Shown: in pieces, positions 37,275-46,243 of the stretch
How positions within the stretch are numbered: the first letter of the stretch is position 1
Layout of the letters: the number at the start of each line of letters is the position of its first letter
Origin: a virus
DNA: 64,000 nt
Direction: 5' to 3' (one strand)
Virus record (IMG/VR): IMGVR_UViG_3300028030_000008
Span: 1-64,000 of that record
The notes under the pieces: generated by a model
Told to the model about the DNA's origin: nothing
The model's input: the letters and a program-made list of their open reading frames with translations, nothing else
Databases searched by the model: none
Program-made: the position numbers and the translations under genes

Positions 37275-37706
37275 ATGTTCAAAATAGGATACAACAAAAG
37301 CGGTAGTTTATTCGTGGATAAAGATGACGGGAACAGCGATGACGCCGTATTGGTTTTAACCAAGAAGCAATTAGTGCAATTACAGCAGTCTATTAACTTT
37401 GCGCTTAAAAGCCACCCGAATGTGAAGATATTTGACTTCGAGGGCGCGTATCGAAACTACCTTGTGCATAACATTAGCCTTAACTGGCCTCAAACGATTG
37501 AGTATTTGAGAGAATTTGACGAATTTTGCAATAAGACCTTCTTCTCAAAAGATGGCCTACGCCTAGCGATTAGACAGGCGCAAAAAAGAAGGAATTTCTA
37601 CGGCCTCGATTATACAAACAAAATATCGCGTATCAAAGGGCTGCGCGATGTCTACCCCCTCGGATTGATAGAAGCTAAATTCGTGGTAGAGATACTGTGG
37701 AGTTAA
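37275..37706 (+). CDS. Protein with a C-terminal ribosomal L7/L12-CTD-like motif
   Basis: KISRIKGLRDVYPLGLIEAKFVVE. Confidence 0.6.
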   Translation: MFKIGYNKSGSLFVDKDDGNSDDAVLVLTKKQLVQLQQSINFALKSHPNVKIFDFEGAYRNYLVHNISLNWPQTIEYLREFDEFCNKTFFSKDGLRLAIRQAQKRRNFYGLDYTNKISRIKGLRDVYPLGLIEAKFVVEILWS

Positions 37707-37708
37707 AC

Positions 37709-37912
37709 ATGAAAGTCATAACATCGGCTAAACTGTTAAAAGAGCTTGAAAAGGCGGGCTTTATTACGTCTTTTCACCCAAAATATAAATACGTCAACGA
37801 TAACGCAGACCCGGACCCGTATAGAGTTTTCATGCACAAAGGGACTAAATACGAAGTCAACTATGTTGACGGATGTTTTTGTCCTTACGTGTTTCAGGTG
37901 GAGTCAAACTAA
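37709..37912 (+). CDS. Hypothetical protein
   Basis: C-terminal YVDGCFCPYV; RBS GGAG. Confidence 0.65.
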   Translation: MKVITSAKLLKELEKAGFITSFHPKYKYVNDNADPDPYRVFMHKGTKYEVNYVDGCFCPYVFQVESN

Positions 37913-38266
37913 ACGCTTTCTGGCAGTATCGCGTCACCTGCGTTAGTGGTGAGGGTAGCGAGCTATCGCCTCTAAATGAGACTGCGGTTTGTTTTACGCT
38001 TTCAGTCTATCTCTCGAAGGTAGATTGAGACTGTAGTACAAACTAAATAATATAAAGCTCACGCGAGCTGAGGAGGCAACACAGTCATCATCGGCGTATC
38101 CACTCGAAAGAGACAAAGGGCTTGTAACCCGTTTGCGCGCTAAAGATGCTATTTTAATCTAAACCAGAAAGCGCCTCTATATGGGCGCAACGAAAGAGGT
38201 CGGCGCTATAGTAAATAGAGCCTCACTCGTTGCGCCACCTTCTTAATCAAAAAAGGACAAAATAGC

Positions 38267-38338
38267 ATGTTAATAGTTTTTGCAATCGCTTGTATTATCA
38301 TCGCCATTATAATCGCCGATGGCGAAAGCCCACTCTGA
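38267..38338 (+). CDS. 23-aa hydrophobic peptide, not in the ORF track
   Basis: AAGGA RBS; MLIVFAIACIIIAIIIADGESPL. Confidence 0.45.
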   Translation: MLIVFAIACIIIAIIIADGESPL

Positions 38339-38446
38339 AACTGAATGACATTTAACGAAACCGCGTTAATCAATACGGTTAATGCGGCTTTGTTAGACGT
38401 TATTCAAAACTTCCCTAACTTGGGGAACTTTCAAAAAGGAGACAAG

Positions 38447-38764
38447 ATGATAAATAAAACCAGAAAAGAAGCAATGGAAGACAAAATAGAACTCTGTGTT
38501 CAATTGCTCCACGAACGAAAACATATACACGAAAGAGTAAAAGACCAGTGGATATTCGCTACAAACTATTTTCGCGGTAGCTTTTATGCGTGGGGGGAAA
38601 CCGGGAAAAACGGCGAACCAGACTACTTTACACATGACGAATTGCGGCACATGGAAGCAGAAGCCGTAAAACGTCATAACGACAAATATGGCGCTCCGAT
38701 TGGTATAAACGTATTTCACTCGGAAACGTTCAATCGTCCGGCTCGCGTGAAACATTTCGCATAA
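38447..38764 (+). CDS. Hypothetical protein
   Basis: AAGGAG RBS before ATG 38447. Confidence 0.65.
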   Translation: MINKTRKEAMEDKIELCVQLLHERKHIHERVKDQWIFATNYFRGSFYAWGETGKNGEPDYFTHDELRHMEAEAVKRHNDKYGAPIGINVFHSETFNRPARVKHFA

Positions 38765-38790
38765 CCAACACAAAAAAGGAGACAAAAACA

Positions 38791-39174
38791 ATGAACGAAC
38801 CAAAAGTATCGATTCAAGTGAAAGTTCGGCAAAAGAATGACTACAGCGAGTGGGATGATATTCCCGTTCTCGCCTCTGCCCTCATCGAAGACAGCGACAA
38901 GAGCGGAGACGGGTACGCCAAATTCATTCTTGAAACAAGCGGCGGTGTAGAAGCCCGATGGAATAAGGTCGGCGACTCAAAAGGCCACCATGTCAGAAAG
39001 GAAGGGTATTATCCGTTCTGGCAAATTCAGATCGACAGCCAAACTATCGGCCCTCCCATGATGAAAAGTTTAGCCGAGGAATGGCTCGAAAGCCTGCAAC
39101 GGTGGATTAAGGCTGACAAGCTGCGAAAAAACACCAGAAGTACCATTAAGATTGTCCCGACGGAGGTGATATAA
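38791..39174 (+). CDS. Hypothetical protein
   Basis: AAGGAG RBS. Confidence 0.7.
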   Translation: MNEPKVSIQVKVRQKNDYSEWDDIPVLASALIEDSDKSGDGYAKFILETSGGVEARWNKVGDSKGHHVRKEGYYPFWQIQIDSQTIGPPMMKSLAEEWLESLQRWIKADKLRKNTRSTIKIVPTEVI

Positions 39175-39794
39175 TGAGAACAATAAATCAAGGCGACTAC
39201 AGTAACGAACTAAGGAAGCTCGGTATAAACATGCTTTCTGGTGAAGGCTGCAATATGGGTACTCGAATTGACACCGATGTTTCCCCTACGGCAGCCCCCT
39301 TTGTAGAAGAATACCTCGGTGGTATGAAACTAACCCATTCCGGCTTTAACGGGTGGGGTGTAGACGAGTTCGGCAAATATCATGTCAACAGGATGTCCGC
39401 CTATCACTACGTGAACGACAAGTTTGTCAAACGCGATGGCTGGTCAACAGAAGACGGCTATTGCTTCAAACTACCCCGCAGCATGATTGACGAATTACTC
39501 ATTTTCCTGCTACTGAAACAGAATGAGCATGTTGTCTATGTGCCAGCCGACGGGAAACCAGGATTTGCCATCGGTGGATTTATTCTTGTTATGAGCGACG
39601 ATGAATACTCCATGTTTCGTGGAGGATTAGACTATGACGGTAATTACGCTGACGGTGTTGGGCTACCTAAACCAAAACGCGCCGGGCATGTAATGCGGAT
39701 ACAGTCGGATAGATACGACTTGTACTGGCGACACTTTGAAGGCCAAGACGCCTCTGCTAACCGTCACGCTTTTTCTGGCAAAATGATTGCGTAA
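39174..39794 (+). CDS. Hypothetical protein
   Basis: GGAGG RBS; LGINMLSGEGC...NRHAFSG. Confidence 0.7.
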   Translation: MRTINQGDYSNELRKLGINMLSGEGCNMGTRIDTDVSPTAAPFVEEYLGGMKLTHSGFNGWGVDEFGKYHVNRMSAYHYVNDKFVKRDGWSTEDGYCFKLPRSMIDELLIFLLLKQNEHVVYVPADGKPGFAIGGFILVMSDDEYSMFRGGLDYDGNYADGVGLPKPKRAGHVMRIQSDRYDLYWRHFEGQDASANRHAFSGKMIA

Positions 39795-39804
39795 GGAGAA
39801 GAAA

Positions 39805-40110
39805 ATGATAAGCAGAAACCCGAAAGACTTAACCCTTGTTGTAGATGTACCAGAACAAAAGCAACTGTCGTCTAATCTACGAAACGGCTGGATAACAACA
39901 GCCGGTATCGGCGCAAAAATTTGGGATAAAGATGTAACCGAAATTTACGCCATTACCAGCAAGGGAGATATAGCGACTGGAAACATTCGTGTCCCGCAAG
40001 ACGAACTTGTTGAGTTTTGCTGGCGCGTCCTAGAAGAAACTGGGGAAATTCCGCCTATGGCAGAAACAATCGCAAATATCCTAAAGGAGCGTAAACATGA
40101 ATCAAGTTGA
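39805..40110 (+). CDS. Hypothetical protein
   Basis: AAGGAG RBS. Confidence 0.65.
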   Translation: MISRNPKDLTLVVDVPEQKQLSSNLRNGWITTAGIGAKIWDKDVTEIYAITSKGDIATGNIRVPQDELVEFCWRVLEETGEIPPMAETIANILKERKHESS

Positions 40111-40288
40111 ATTAGCTTTAGCGGTTTTAGCCGCTCGCATGGGTGAAAAGGAAAAAACCCTGTTCAATCGCTCAGGCGTCGGTATCAACACGCGCACAAA
40201 GCGTAGTGTAAGTCAACGTCGGTGCAAAAACAAACAGCGCAAGCAAGCGCGAGCGATTAACCGTAAGCGAGGCCAGAAGATGAAATAA
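40097..40288 (+). CDS. Small basic protein
   Basis: C-terminal RKQARAINRKR. Confidence 0.6.
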   Translation: MNQVELALAVLAARMGEKEKTLFNRSGVGINTRTKRSVSQRRCKNKQRKQARAINRKRGQKMK

Positions 40289-40412
40289 CACTAAACGCAA
40301 TCCAATAATTAAATAGTGGGGACTGGTCATCCCCACCCTAACCCAACCGAGGCCGGTGGCAAGTCCGGGAAAATGGGGAGCCGGGTAAATTAACCACAAA
40401 AAGGAGAAAACG

Positions 40413-40817
40413 ATGGATAAACAAAAAGAAGCGATACTACTGGTAGAAGGATGGGGCAAGCAATACATTGATGCCCTGCTATCAAACAAAGTAGATGAGT
40501 ACGGGATAATCACTTCGCCCGGAAAGTTTGAAGGCGAACACTTCATTGTAAAATTCTTCTGGGATGTTAGCTTGGAAGGTGTAGCCGACGAAGAAATATA
40601 CGATGTAGACACCCAATACTTCGTTTTTGAGTTGGCAGAGTGGGAAAGCCTTATACCGGGAATTGTATACGGCCTAGACGAGTACAGCGAAGAATTATGG
40701 CTCGTCCTCTGGGAGGACGACAACGGCTTTATCAATTCGTACTGGCCCACAGAGAGCGCCCTAAACGACTTACGGGAAGGCGCTCAAAAAGAAGCAGAGG
40801 AGGCGCAAGATGAGTAA
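40413..40817 (+). CDS. Acidic hypothetical protein
   Basis: PGKFEGE...EDDNGF; RBS. Confidence 0.7.
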   Translation: MDKQKEAILLVEGWGKQYIDALLSNKVDEYGIITSPGKFEGEHFIVKFFWDVSLEGVADEEIYDVDTQYFVFELAEWESLIPGIVYGLDEYSEELWLVLWEDDNGFINSYWPTESALNDLREGAQKEAEEAQDE

Positions 40818-41265
40818 AGACGGCCCGAAGTATTTAGACGAATTATCCGCGAACGGCACAGTGTGCCCAATTTGCGGAAGCGATAACGACGATTTGAGCT
40901 TTACTACAATTACTTACGAAAGCGCAGACGTTGCATTTGAAAAAGTTCACTGCGATAGATGCGGCTCAAAGTGGAACTCGGTTTGGAGTCCCGTTGCATT
41001 GACTGAGTTTAAACCCAATGTAGAAATTCGGGATAACGGCGGTGTAACATTTGACCGCTACACTATTATTTACCCAGATGGAAGCTATGTTGCCGCAAGT
41101 GTAAACCCAACTCACCCGCAAGGCTTTTGGCAACATGGCGAGGGTTTGGAAATCGGTGGCGACAATCACCATCTCGGTAAGTTAATCACGTTTAGCGAAT
41201 TGCCTGATGTTTGCCAGCGTCTCGTAATTCAAGAATTACAATCAGAATTTCAAGGAGAAGAATAA
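40810..41265 (+). CDS. Zn-ribbon plus 'DNGG.TFDRYT' domain protein
   Basis: CPICG/CDRCG; DNGGVTFDRYT...P.GFWQH...HLGK. Confidence 0.7.
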   Translation: MSKDGPKYLDELSANGTVCPICGSDNDDLSFTTITYESADVAFEKVHCDRCGSKWNSVWSPVALTEFKPNVEIRDNGGVTFDRYTIIYPDGSYVAASVNPTHPQGFWQHGEGLEIGGDNHHLGKLITFSELPDVCQRLVIQELQSEFQGEE

Positions 41266-41525
41266 TGGTACACACAATAGTAACGAATAGCGCAATGACG
41301 TATCACTCAACAGTCGTGGCGAGAATAGAAGATGGTAAAGTCATCCTCAACACGGGTGGATGGGAAACACCAACAACAAAGAAGCGCATGAACCAATTCG
41401 CCGAAATGATGGGGTTAAACTACACCGTTTTCCAAAAGGACTTTGAGTGGTTTGTTCAAGTTGGCAAAGACGATCCGATACCTTTTGACGGCAACACAGT
41501 TAAATTCGAGGTGCGCTATGGATGA
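41265..41525 (+). CDS. Conserved phage protein
   Basis: YHSTVV...LNTGGWETPTTKKRMNQ. Confidence 0.7.
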   Translation: MVHTIVTNSAMTYHSTVVARIEDGKVILNTGGWETPTTKKRMNQFAEMMGLNYTVFQKDFEWFVQVGKDDPIPFDGNTVKFEVRYG

Positions 41526-41982
41526 GATTACAGAACACGCGAAAAATCTCATGATACTCGCAGACGCTTTTGACGCTTTACAACAGTGGCTTAAAGATGA
41601 ACTTGGCAGCGACGTTGAGTACATTCCAGACAGCGCTATCCAAGAAGCTATTGATGACTTCTGGGCCGAAGAAGGTGAAATTGATTTTGAGCAAGTGTCA
41701 GACGAAATTGTGTCTGCAACAAAGGATCACATCGCTGATACATTTATGACAAAGGATGACGCTATAGCCGAGTTCAAGGAAACTATCCTGCCGTCAATTC
41801 TTCAAAAAGAAGCCGAATATTACGTTTCCAGCGACGGAAAATACAGCGTAGACAAGCCAATGCGCCGAGAAGCGTGGAATAACTTCGTGGACTCTCTGTG
41901 CAAAGAGGGGCGCATTACACAAAACGCCTGCGATGACGACGATTGGTCTACTCCCGACGAATTGGAGAATGGATATGTTTAA
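41518..41982 (+). CDS. Acidic hypothetical protein
   Basis: REAWNNFVDSLCKEGRIT. Confidence 0.7.
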   Translation: MDEITEHAKNLMILADAFDALQQWLKDELGSDVEYIPDSAIQEAIDDFWAEEGEIDFEQVSDEIVSATKDHIADTFMTKDDAIAEFKETILPSILQKEAEYYVSSDGKYSVDKPMRREAWNNFVDSLCKEGRITQNACDDDDWSTPDELENGYV

Positions 41983-42307
41983 TATGGAACTTACCCCAGA
42001 AGACGCAGAGGTGATTATCGCTGATGTTGATATTGACTCTCGGCTGACCGCTTTCGCCAAAAGCACGTTTAAGTGGAAGTATCACACGATTAGCAGCCAA
42101 GTGCTTTCTCGTATCGGCGCACTCAAAAAAGTCAGTGATGTCAAGGTTATCGCAAGAAAACTTCACTGTAAAATCCACCCCGACGAAATGGAAATTCTAC
42201 TCAAGCGACTCGTCTGGTTTGAGGAAACAAACGAGAGATTAGGCGAAAACGCCGGATTATTACTTGGTGACATTGTGTACGCCAAGTATGGCGTAGAGTT
42301 AATCTAG
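41975..42307 (+). CDS. Hypothetical protein
   Basis: Coupled ORF. Confidence 0.6.
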   Translation: MFNMELTPEDAEVIIADVDIDSRLTAFAKSTFKWKYHTISSQVLSRIGALKKVSDVKVIARKLHCKIHPDEMEILLKRLVWFEETNERLGENAGLLLGDIVYAKYGVELI

Positions 42308-42317
42308 GAAGGCAACC

Positions 42318-42746
42318 ATGAGCCAAAGATTTACAAGTGTAAAAACCTTAACCAAAGCTCTCGGTATCTCCAAAAGGCAAGCAAAGGAAATCCGAGAAAC
42401 AATAAAAAATCCAACAAGCGTTTCTGCTATACGCAAGGCGCCAAAAGGCGACTGGGCGGTTGCCGTTTCACCAGAGCGTCTAGTAGAAATGCAGATGGAT
42501 CAAATAAACGAAATCCTCGGCTTACACGGAGTTGAAACAGTATACCTCGACAATCAAAAGTATCTCGGCAATAGCGGCTACTTTCGCCGCTACTATTGGG
42601 GCAGTTGTGTTTTGCTCTATATCAACACAGGGGAAACATACCAGCCAAGCATCGGTTACGAAGTGAGAACGGGGAAGTTTATTCTTCTTCCGGGCGGGTG
42701 GGGTTCGTGGCACGAAAACAATGTTGAGATTAACCCTGAGACTTAA
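42318..42746 (+). CDS. Conserved phage protein
   Basis: HGVE...YINTGETY. Confidence 0.7.
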   Translation: MSQRFTSVKTLTKALGISKRQAKEIRETIKNPTSVSAIRKAPKGDWAVAVSPERLVEMQMDQINEILGLHGVETVYLDNQKYLGNSGYFRRYYWGSCVLLYINTGETYQPSIGYEVRTGKFILLPGGWGSWHENNVEINPET

Positions 42747-42850
42747 CTCCTTCGGGCTCGGGTTATGAAGTTGCCGCATCGGTGTAAAACCAACGGGTGG
42801 AAGTCCCGTCGGTAATTGGTAGTTAAACAAATTAAAAGGGAGACAAGAAG

Positions 42851-43555
42851 ATGAAACTTACTATTCAGCAAGACTTGTACGCAGAAGACCCGCTTACCGA
42901 ATGGGACAACCCCTTTCGTTTTATCAGCAACCACAAAGACTACTATACAAGTAGGCGTAACGTTACAAACGCGCACGGCGACTCCGTGTACGATAAAGAC
43001 GGTGAACCGATCGGTATTGACGATTTAGACGCAATGGGTAAATTCTTTGAAGTTGAAAGATATGTTGTTGTCCCCGTAAGAGCGTATATGCACGGAGGAA
43101 TTTCGCTTTCTACCGGGTACGGTTATCCGTATAACGATGTGTGGGACTCTGGAACTTTCGGCTGGTTGTATGCTTCACCAGAAGATATTCGTAACAACTT
43201 CAACGCAAAACGCGCTTCTAAGAAAATGAGAGAGACGTTTACCCAAATGATGAAGTCGTTTGTCGAAACATGGGACGACTACTTCACCGGGAATGTCTTT
43301 TGGTTTTCCATCGAAGACGACAATGGGGAAATCAAAGACTCTTGTGGCGGTTTTTACGGCGACGTTGAAAAGTCCGGTATAGAACATCACGTTTCAGAAG
43401 AAGCATACGAAGCCTTGCTATGCAATGACCGTAAAGATATAGGAGGTAGCGAAGGATGGGGATTTTACATTGAGTATCAGTCCCCAGAGGAAAGAAACGA
43501 AGCAGATGCGCTACTCGAAGCAATAATCGGAACGACTTCCGCAATAGTTATCTAG
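42851..43555 (+). CDS. Conserved phage protein
   Basis: HGGISLS...WDSG..G...DSCGGFYG. Confidence 0.75.
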   Translation: MKLTIQQDLYAEDPLTEWDNPFRFISNHKDYYTSRRNVTNAHGDSVYDKDGEPIGIDDLDAMGKFFEVERYVVVPVRAYMHGGISLSTGYGYPYNDVWDSGTFGWLYASPEDIRNNFNAKRASKKMRETFTQMMKSFVETWDDYFTGNVFWFSIEDDNGEIKDSCGGFYGDVEKSGIEHHVSEEAYEALLCNDRKDIGGSEGWGFYIEYQSPEERNEADALLEAIIGTTSAIVI

Positions 43556-43896
43556 CAAACAATTATGCGTCGGTATAGCGGGATAATAATATACCTGCCT
43601 GTCCTAGAGACAGCGGCCTATCAAGTATTATATCAAGTGCGGTGGAGGGTAATCACCCGAAGAAGCTACACAAGACGAATATACGGATACCATCTCGGCG
43701 AGAAACCGGGGCGTATAACAAGTCGCGAATAACAAGAGGAAATGCACATGCTGCTTATCTCGAATCTTTTACATAGCATATACTTTTACTGCGTTATGGT
43801 GCCGAAGGCGGTTGTATTCGCCATACGCAACCCACCGAAAAAAGTACAGCCATATACCAAACTTCCCCAATCTAGGGAACTTTCAAAGGAGAACAC

Positions 43897-44220
43897 ATGA
43901 GTAAAAAGAAATTTGTCGTGACCGTCCCATTAACACGTGAGCAATGGTTTACGCTGATTAACGTTGCAGACAAACGCGGTTTATCCGTTTTTGAGCTTAT
44001 CGAGGACTTTGCGGACAGCCTAAACGCGAAAGAAGAAGACAAAGACATATACGTTGTAAACGCCATCAGGTCAATAACCCTCGCGGAAACATACGAGGTT
44101 CTCGCCAGCAATGAAGGAGAGGCCATTGAACTCGTAGAGGACGGCGACCCAAGTGTTATAGAAATTCGTTCCAGCTCAAAAGATGGCAGTCTCTATATTC
44201 TTGACGCCAAAGCTAAATAA
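43897..44220 (+). CDS. Hypothetical protein (RHH-like N-terminus)
   Basis: VTVPLTREQW..L...ADKRGLSV.ELI. Confidence 0.6.
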   Translation: MSKKKFVVTVPLTREQWFTLINVADKRGLSVFELIEDFADSLNAKEEDKDIYVVNAIRSITLAETYEVLASNEGEAIELVEDGDPSVIEIRSSSKDGSLYILDAKAK

Positions 44221-44324
44221 GTAACATAAAACACCGCTAGTTTGCCCTCAAAACAACACATTAGCCCGCTGCACTGTATGCAGTAGAATTTGTGCGTAAT
44301 AGTCCATCATGGTATACTTAGCAC

Positions 44325-44870
44325 ATGAATACAGTGATTGGAAAGTGTAAAGAGTGCTTCAAAAACACAGCGCTGAACCAAGATGGACTTTGCAAAAAAT
44401 GCCAACTCGAAACGGTAGACTCTTTCGAGATGGCAGAAATAAGAGCGAAACTTCTGCGCTTCTATTACAGCGAGTTTGGCGCAAAAAGCGTTATTGCTAA
44501 TTGGCAAAAACTCGCCGACAATCTCTCCCGTTTAGTAAAGAGAGATAAAGCATGGACAGCGAGGTACATTAGGAGTATAGCAAACGGGGACAAAGGCTTT
44601 CGTCGTATTCCAGCGCAATTAAAACAAGCGATAGAAGGCTACTCTCCAAAGATTGTATTCACCGATGGGTTTGCTGTTGAAAATACGGTAAGTAAATACC
44701 AACTTCCGGTTGGCTCAATCATCCTCGGTAAACCACGCAAGTGTAAATGGAGAGACTGCAACGTATGGTTCGTCCCGAAGTGGGACAGTCAGCTATACCA
44801 CACAAAAAAATGCAAAAAGCTCGCTCGAAACGAGCGCAGAAAAAAGCAAAGAGTACAAAAGAGATTCTAA
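44325..44870 (+). CDS. Putative DNA-binding protein with Zn fingers (leaderless)
   Basis: TTGTGC-17-TATACT, 6 nt, then ATG; CKEC/CKKC and C-terminal CKWRDC..YHTKKC. Confidence 0.7.
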   Translation: MNTVIGKCKECFKNTALNQDGLCKKCQLETVDSFEMAEIRAKLLRFYYSEFGAKSVIANWQKLADNLSRLVKRDKAWTARYIRSIANGDKGFRRIPAQLKQAIEGYSPKIVFTDGFAVENTVSKYQLPVGSIILGKPRKCKWRDCNVWFVPKWDSQLYHTKKCKKLARNERRKKQRVQKRF

Positions 44871-44920
44871 CTTTTGTGCTTCATAATTTGTTATGAGGTA
44901 TATTTACGGTCAATGAATTG

Positions 44921-45282
44921 TTAGCTGGCTACGCGCTAGAGAGGAGTGGAATAATGAGCGTTACAATTTTGGAAGTTTTACAAAATGCAGACCATAACAT
45001 CAACGCTACGCATCCTGTACAAATTGAAATGGGAAAAGAGCAACTAAAAAATGCTATTGTCCTGCTGGAAAAAGGATATGATATTGATGCGATTTTTGAT
45101 TACATTGTAGAATCATACGGTAGTGTTGAAGATGCACCAGAAGCAGTAGTCACAGAACGCGCCAGCTAACAACCCGTTGTACGCGAAAAGCTATCAAGCC
45201 ATACCTCATAGCTAATTCGCCTACAACCCAACTGCGATAGCGGCGCAATACGGCCAACCCGCGATCGCGTAAACTCTGGCCG
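44921..45282 (+). mobile_element. Integron-type gene cassette 1
   Basis: Starts G^TTAGCTGGC (44920); R'' side GCCAGCTAAC (45161-45170) is its exact 10-nt reverse complement. Confidence 0.8.
44954..45169 (+). CDS. Cassette-borne hypothetical protein (71 aa)
   Basis: GAGGAG RBS; stop TAA inside the R'' box. Confidence 0.75.
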   Translation: MSVTILEVLQNADHNINATHPVQIEMGKEQLKNAIVLLEKGYDIDAIFDYIVESYGSVEDAPEAVVTERAS

Positions 45283-45288
45283 TTATAT
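45164..45288 (+). other. attC site 1 (125 bp)
   Basis: R'' AGCTAAC, 5 nt, L'' GTTGTACG ... L' CGTAAAC, 7 nt, R' GTTATAT; extrahelical base at L'' position 4. Confidence 0.8.
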
Positions 45289-45730
45289 TACTCAACTAAT
45301 AAGCAAAAGGAGATTAAAAATGTCAGTAGCAAGCGATTTAATTGAACGAATGGAAGCAGAAACAGGTCAGCGTATTGATGCCAATGATGGTAATAATTTG
45401 GCTATGGCTGGCCTGCTCGGAGCAATGTCTCGGCTAATGGGGAAGTCGCCGTCAAGTTACACTGAACGTGATGATGTTGCAGTCGGAGTGCTTATCAGGC
45501 ATCAAATGTCCCCGGAATGGCAGCGAGAGAAAAAAGGTAAACAAATGTTGGCGTCTTTGGGCAAGTGGAATGTCGCCTGACGTTTTGAAAGCTATTGCCG
45601 GATAGTCGTAATATAACCAGGGTATGCAGGCGAATTGCTAGACCTGCTGCCCTCGAAGCAAGTGCGTTTTACAAACTTATCAAACAAGAGGCATCAGACG
45701 ATTTACCCGCAATCGCCTGATCACCCTCTG
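45283..45730 (+). mobile_element. Integron-type gene cassette 2
   Basis: Starts G^TTATATTAC; R'' side GTAATATAAC (45608-45617) is its exact 10-nt reverse complement. Confidence 0.8.
45320..45580 (+). CDS. Cassette-borne hypothetical protein
   Basis: AAGGAG RBS. Confidence 0.7.
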   Translation: MSVASDLIERMEAETGQRIDANDGNNLAMAGLLGAMSRLMGKSPSSYTERDDVAVGVLIRHQMSPEWQREKKGKQMLASLGKWNVA

Positions 45731-45736
45731 TTATAC
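45611..45736 (+). other. attC site 2 (126 bp)
   Basis: R'' ATATAAC, 5 nt, L'' TATGCAGG-CGA[A]TTGC ... GCAATCG-L' CCTGATC, 7 nt, R' GTTATAC; two extrahelical bases. Confidence 0.8.
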
Positions 45737-45763
45737 CGCTACGGCGGGAAAGGAAATGAAGCA

Positions 45764-46171
45764 ATGTCAGCAGGTATGAATATTGGCGATAGAGAAGATT
45801 ATTGGCAATCTTATCGCTTCCCTACTACCCTTGATAAAGATGCCCCGCTGCATACATCTCCGCATTACACCGACAAACGTTTCAATAAAGAACAAGCAGT
45901 TTTTGGGAAACATCCAAAATCGCGGTATGGACACGACAATCTGAAATATGATTATTCTGATCGTCTTTGGCAATGGGATTATGACAAAGCTGAAAAATCC
46001 GTTGAAGTTGCAAACGCCAGCGGCGCGACATTAAGAAGTTGCAAACGGTACGAGGCCTATCTGTCTGCATACTTTAATAAGCCAATCGAGATTAAACACA
46101 TTATTGCAGGTGTCAATCGTGGTAATGGTTATCCGTATTGTGTATTTGGCTACAAAAGCGCAGACAGTTAA
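45764..46171 (+). CDS. Hypothetical protein in a third, attC-less cassette position
   Basis: ATG 34 nt after the R' start; YDYSDRLWQWD...NRGNGYPY. Confidence 0.7.
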   Translation: MSAGMNIGDREDYWQSYRFPTTLDKDAPLHTSPHYTDKRFNKEQAVFGKHPKSRYGHDNLKYDYSDRLWQWDYDKAEKSVEVANASGATLRSCKRYEAYLSAYFNKPIEIKHIIAGVNRGNGYPYCVFGYKSADS

Positions 46172-46194
46172 TAGCTTCAACCTTAAAATTTCAG

Positions 46195-46235
46195 CTATCC
46201 ACAGGTTATCCACAGAAAGAGGTGAGTTATCCACA
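46195..46235 (+). promoter_or_regulatory. Three co-oriented DnaA boxes
   Basis: CTATCCACA 46195, TTATCCACA 46206, TTATCCACA 46227. Confidence 0.75.
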
Positions 46236-46243
46236 GGCAAAAG

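Noticed and set aside
38060-38135. CTGAGGA...CGAAA hammerhead-like core
   Set aside because: No stem III or NUH cleavage triplet.
38333-38400. Hammerhead-like CTGAATGA...GAAAC stem
   Set aside because: Extra core nucleotide, no stem II, and C in place of the invariant U16.1.
45555-45616. Possible frameshift or premature stop at the end of the cassette-2 gene
   Set aside because: Two alternative extensions are possible (to the TAA in R'', or via a shift at GGG); not decidable without homologues.
45635-45763. N-terminal extension of ORF 45635..46171
   Set aside because: Runs through attC2; the plausible start is ATG 45764.
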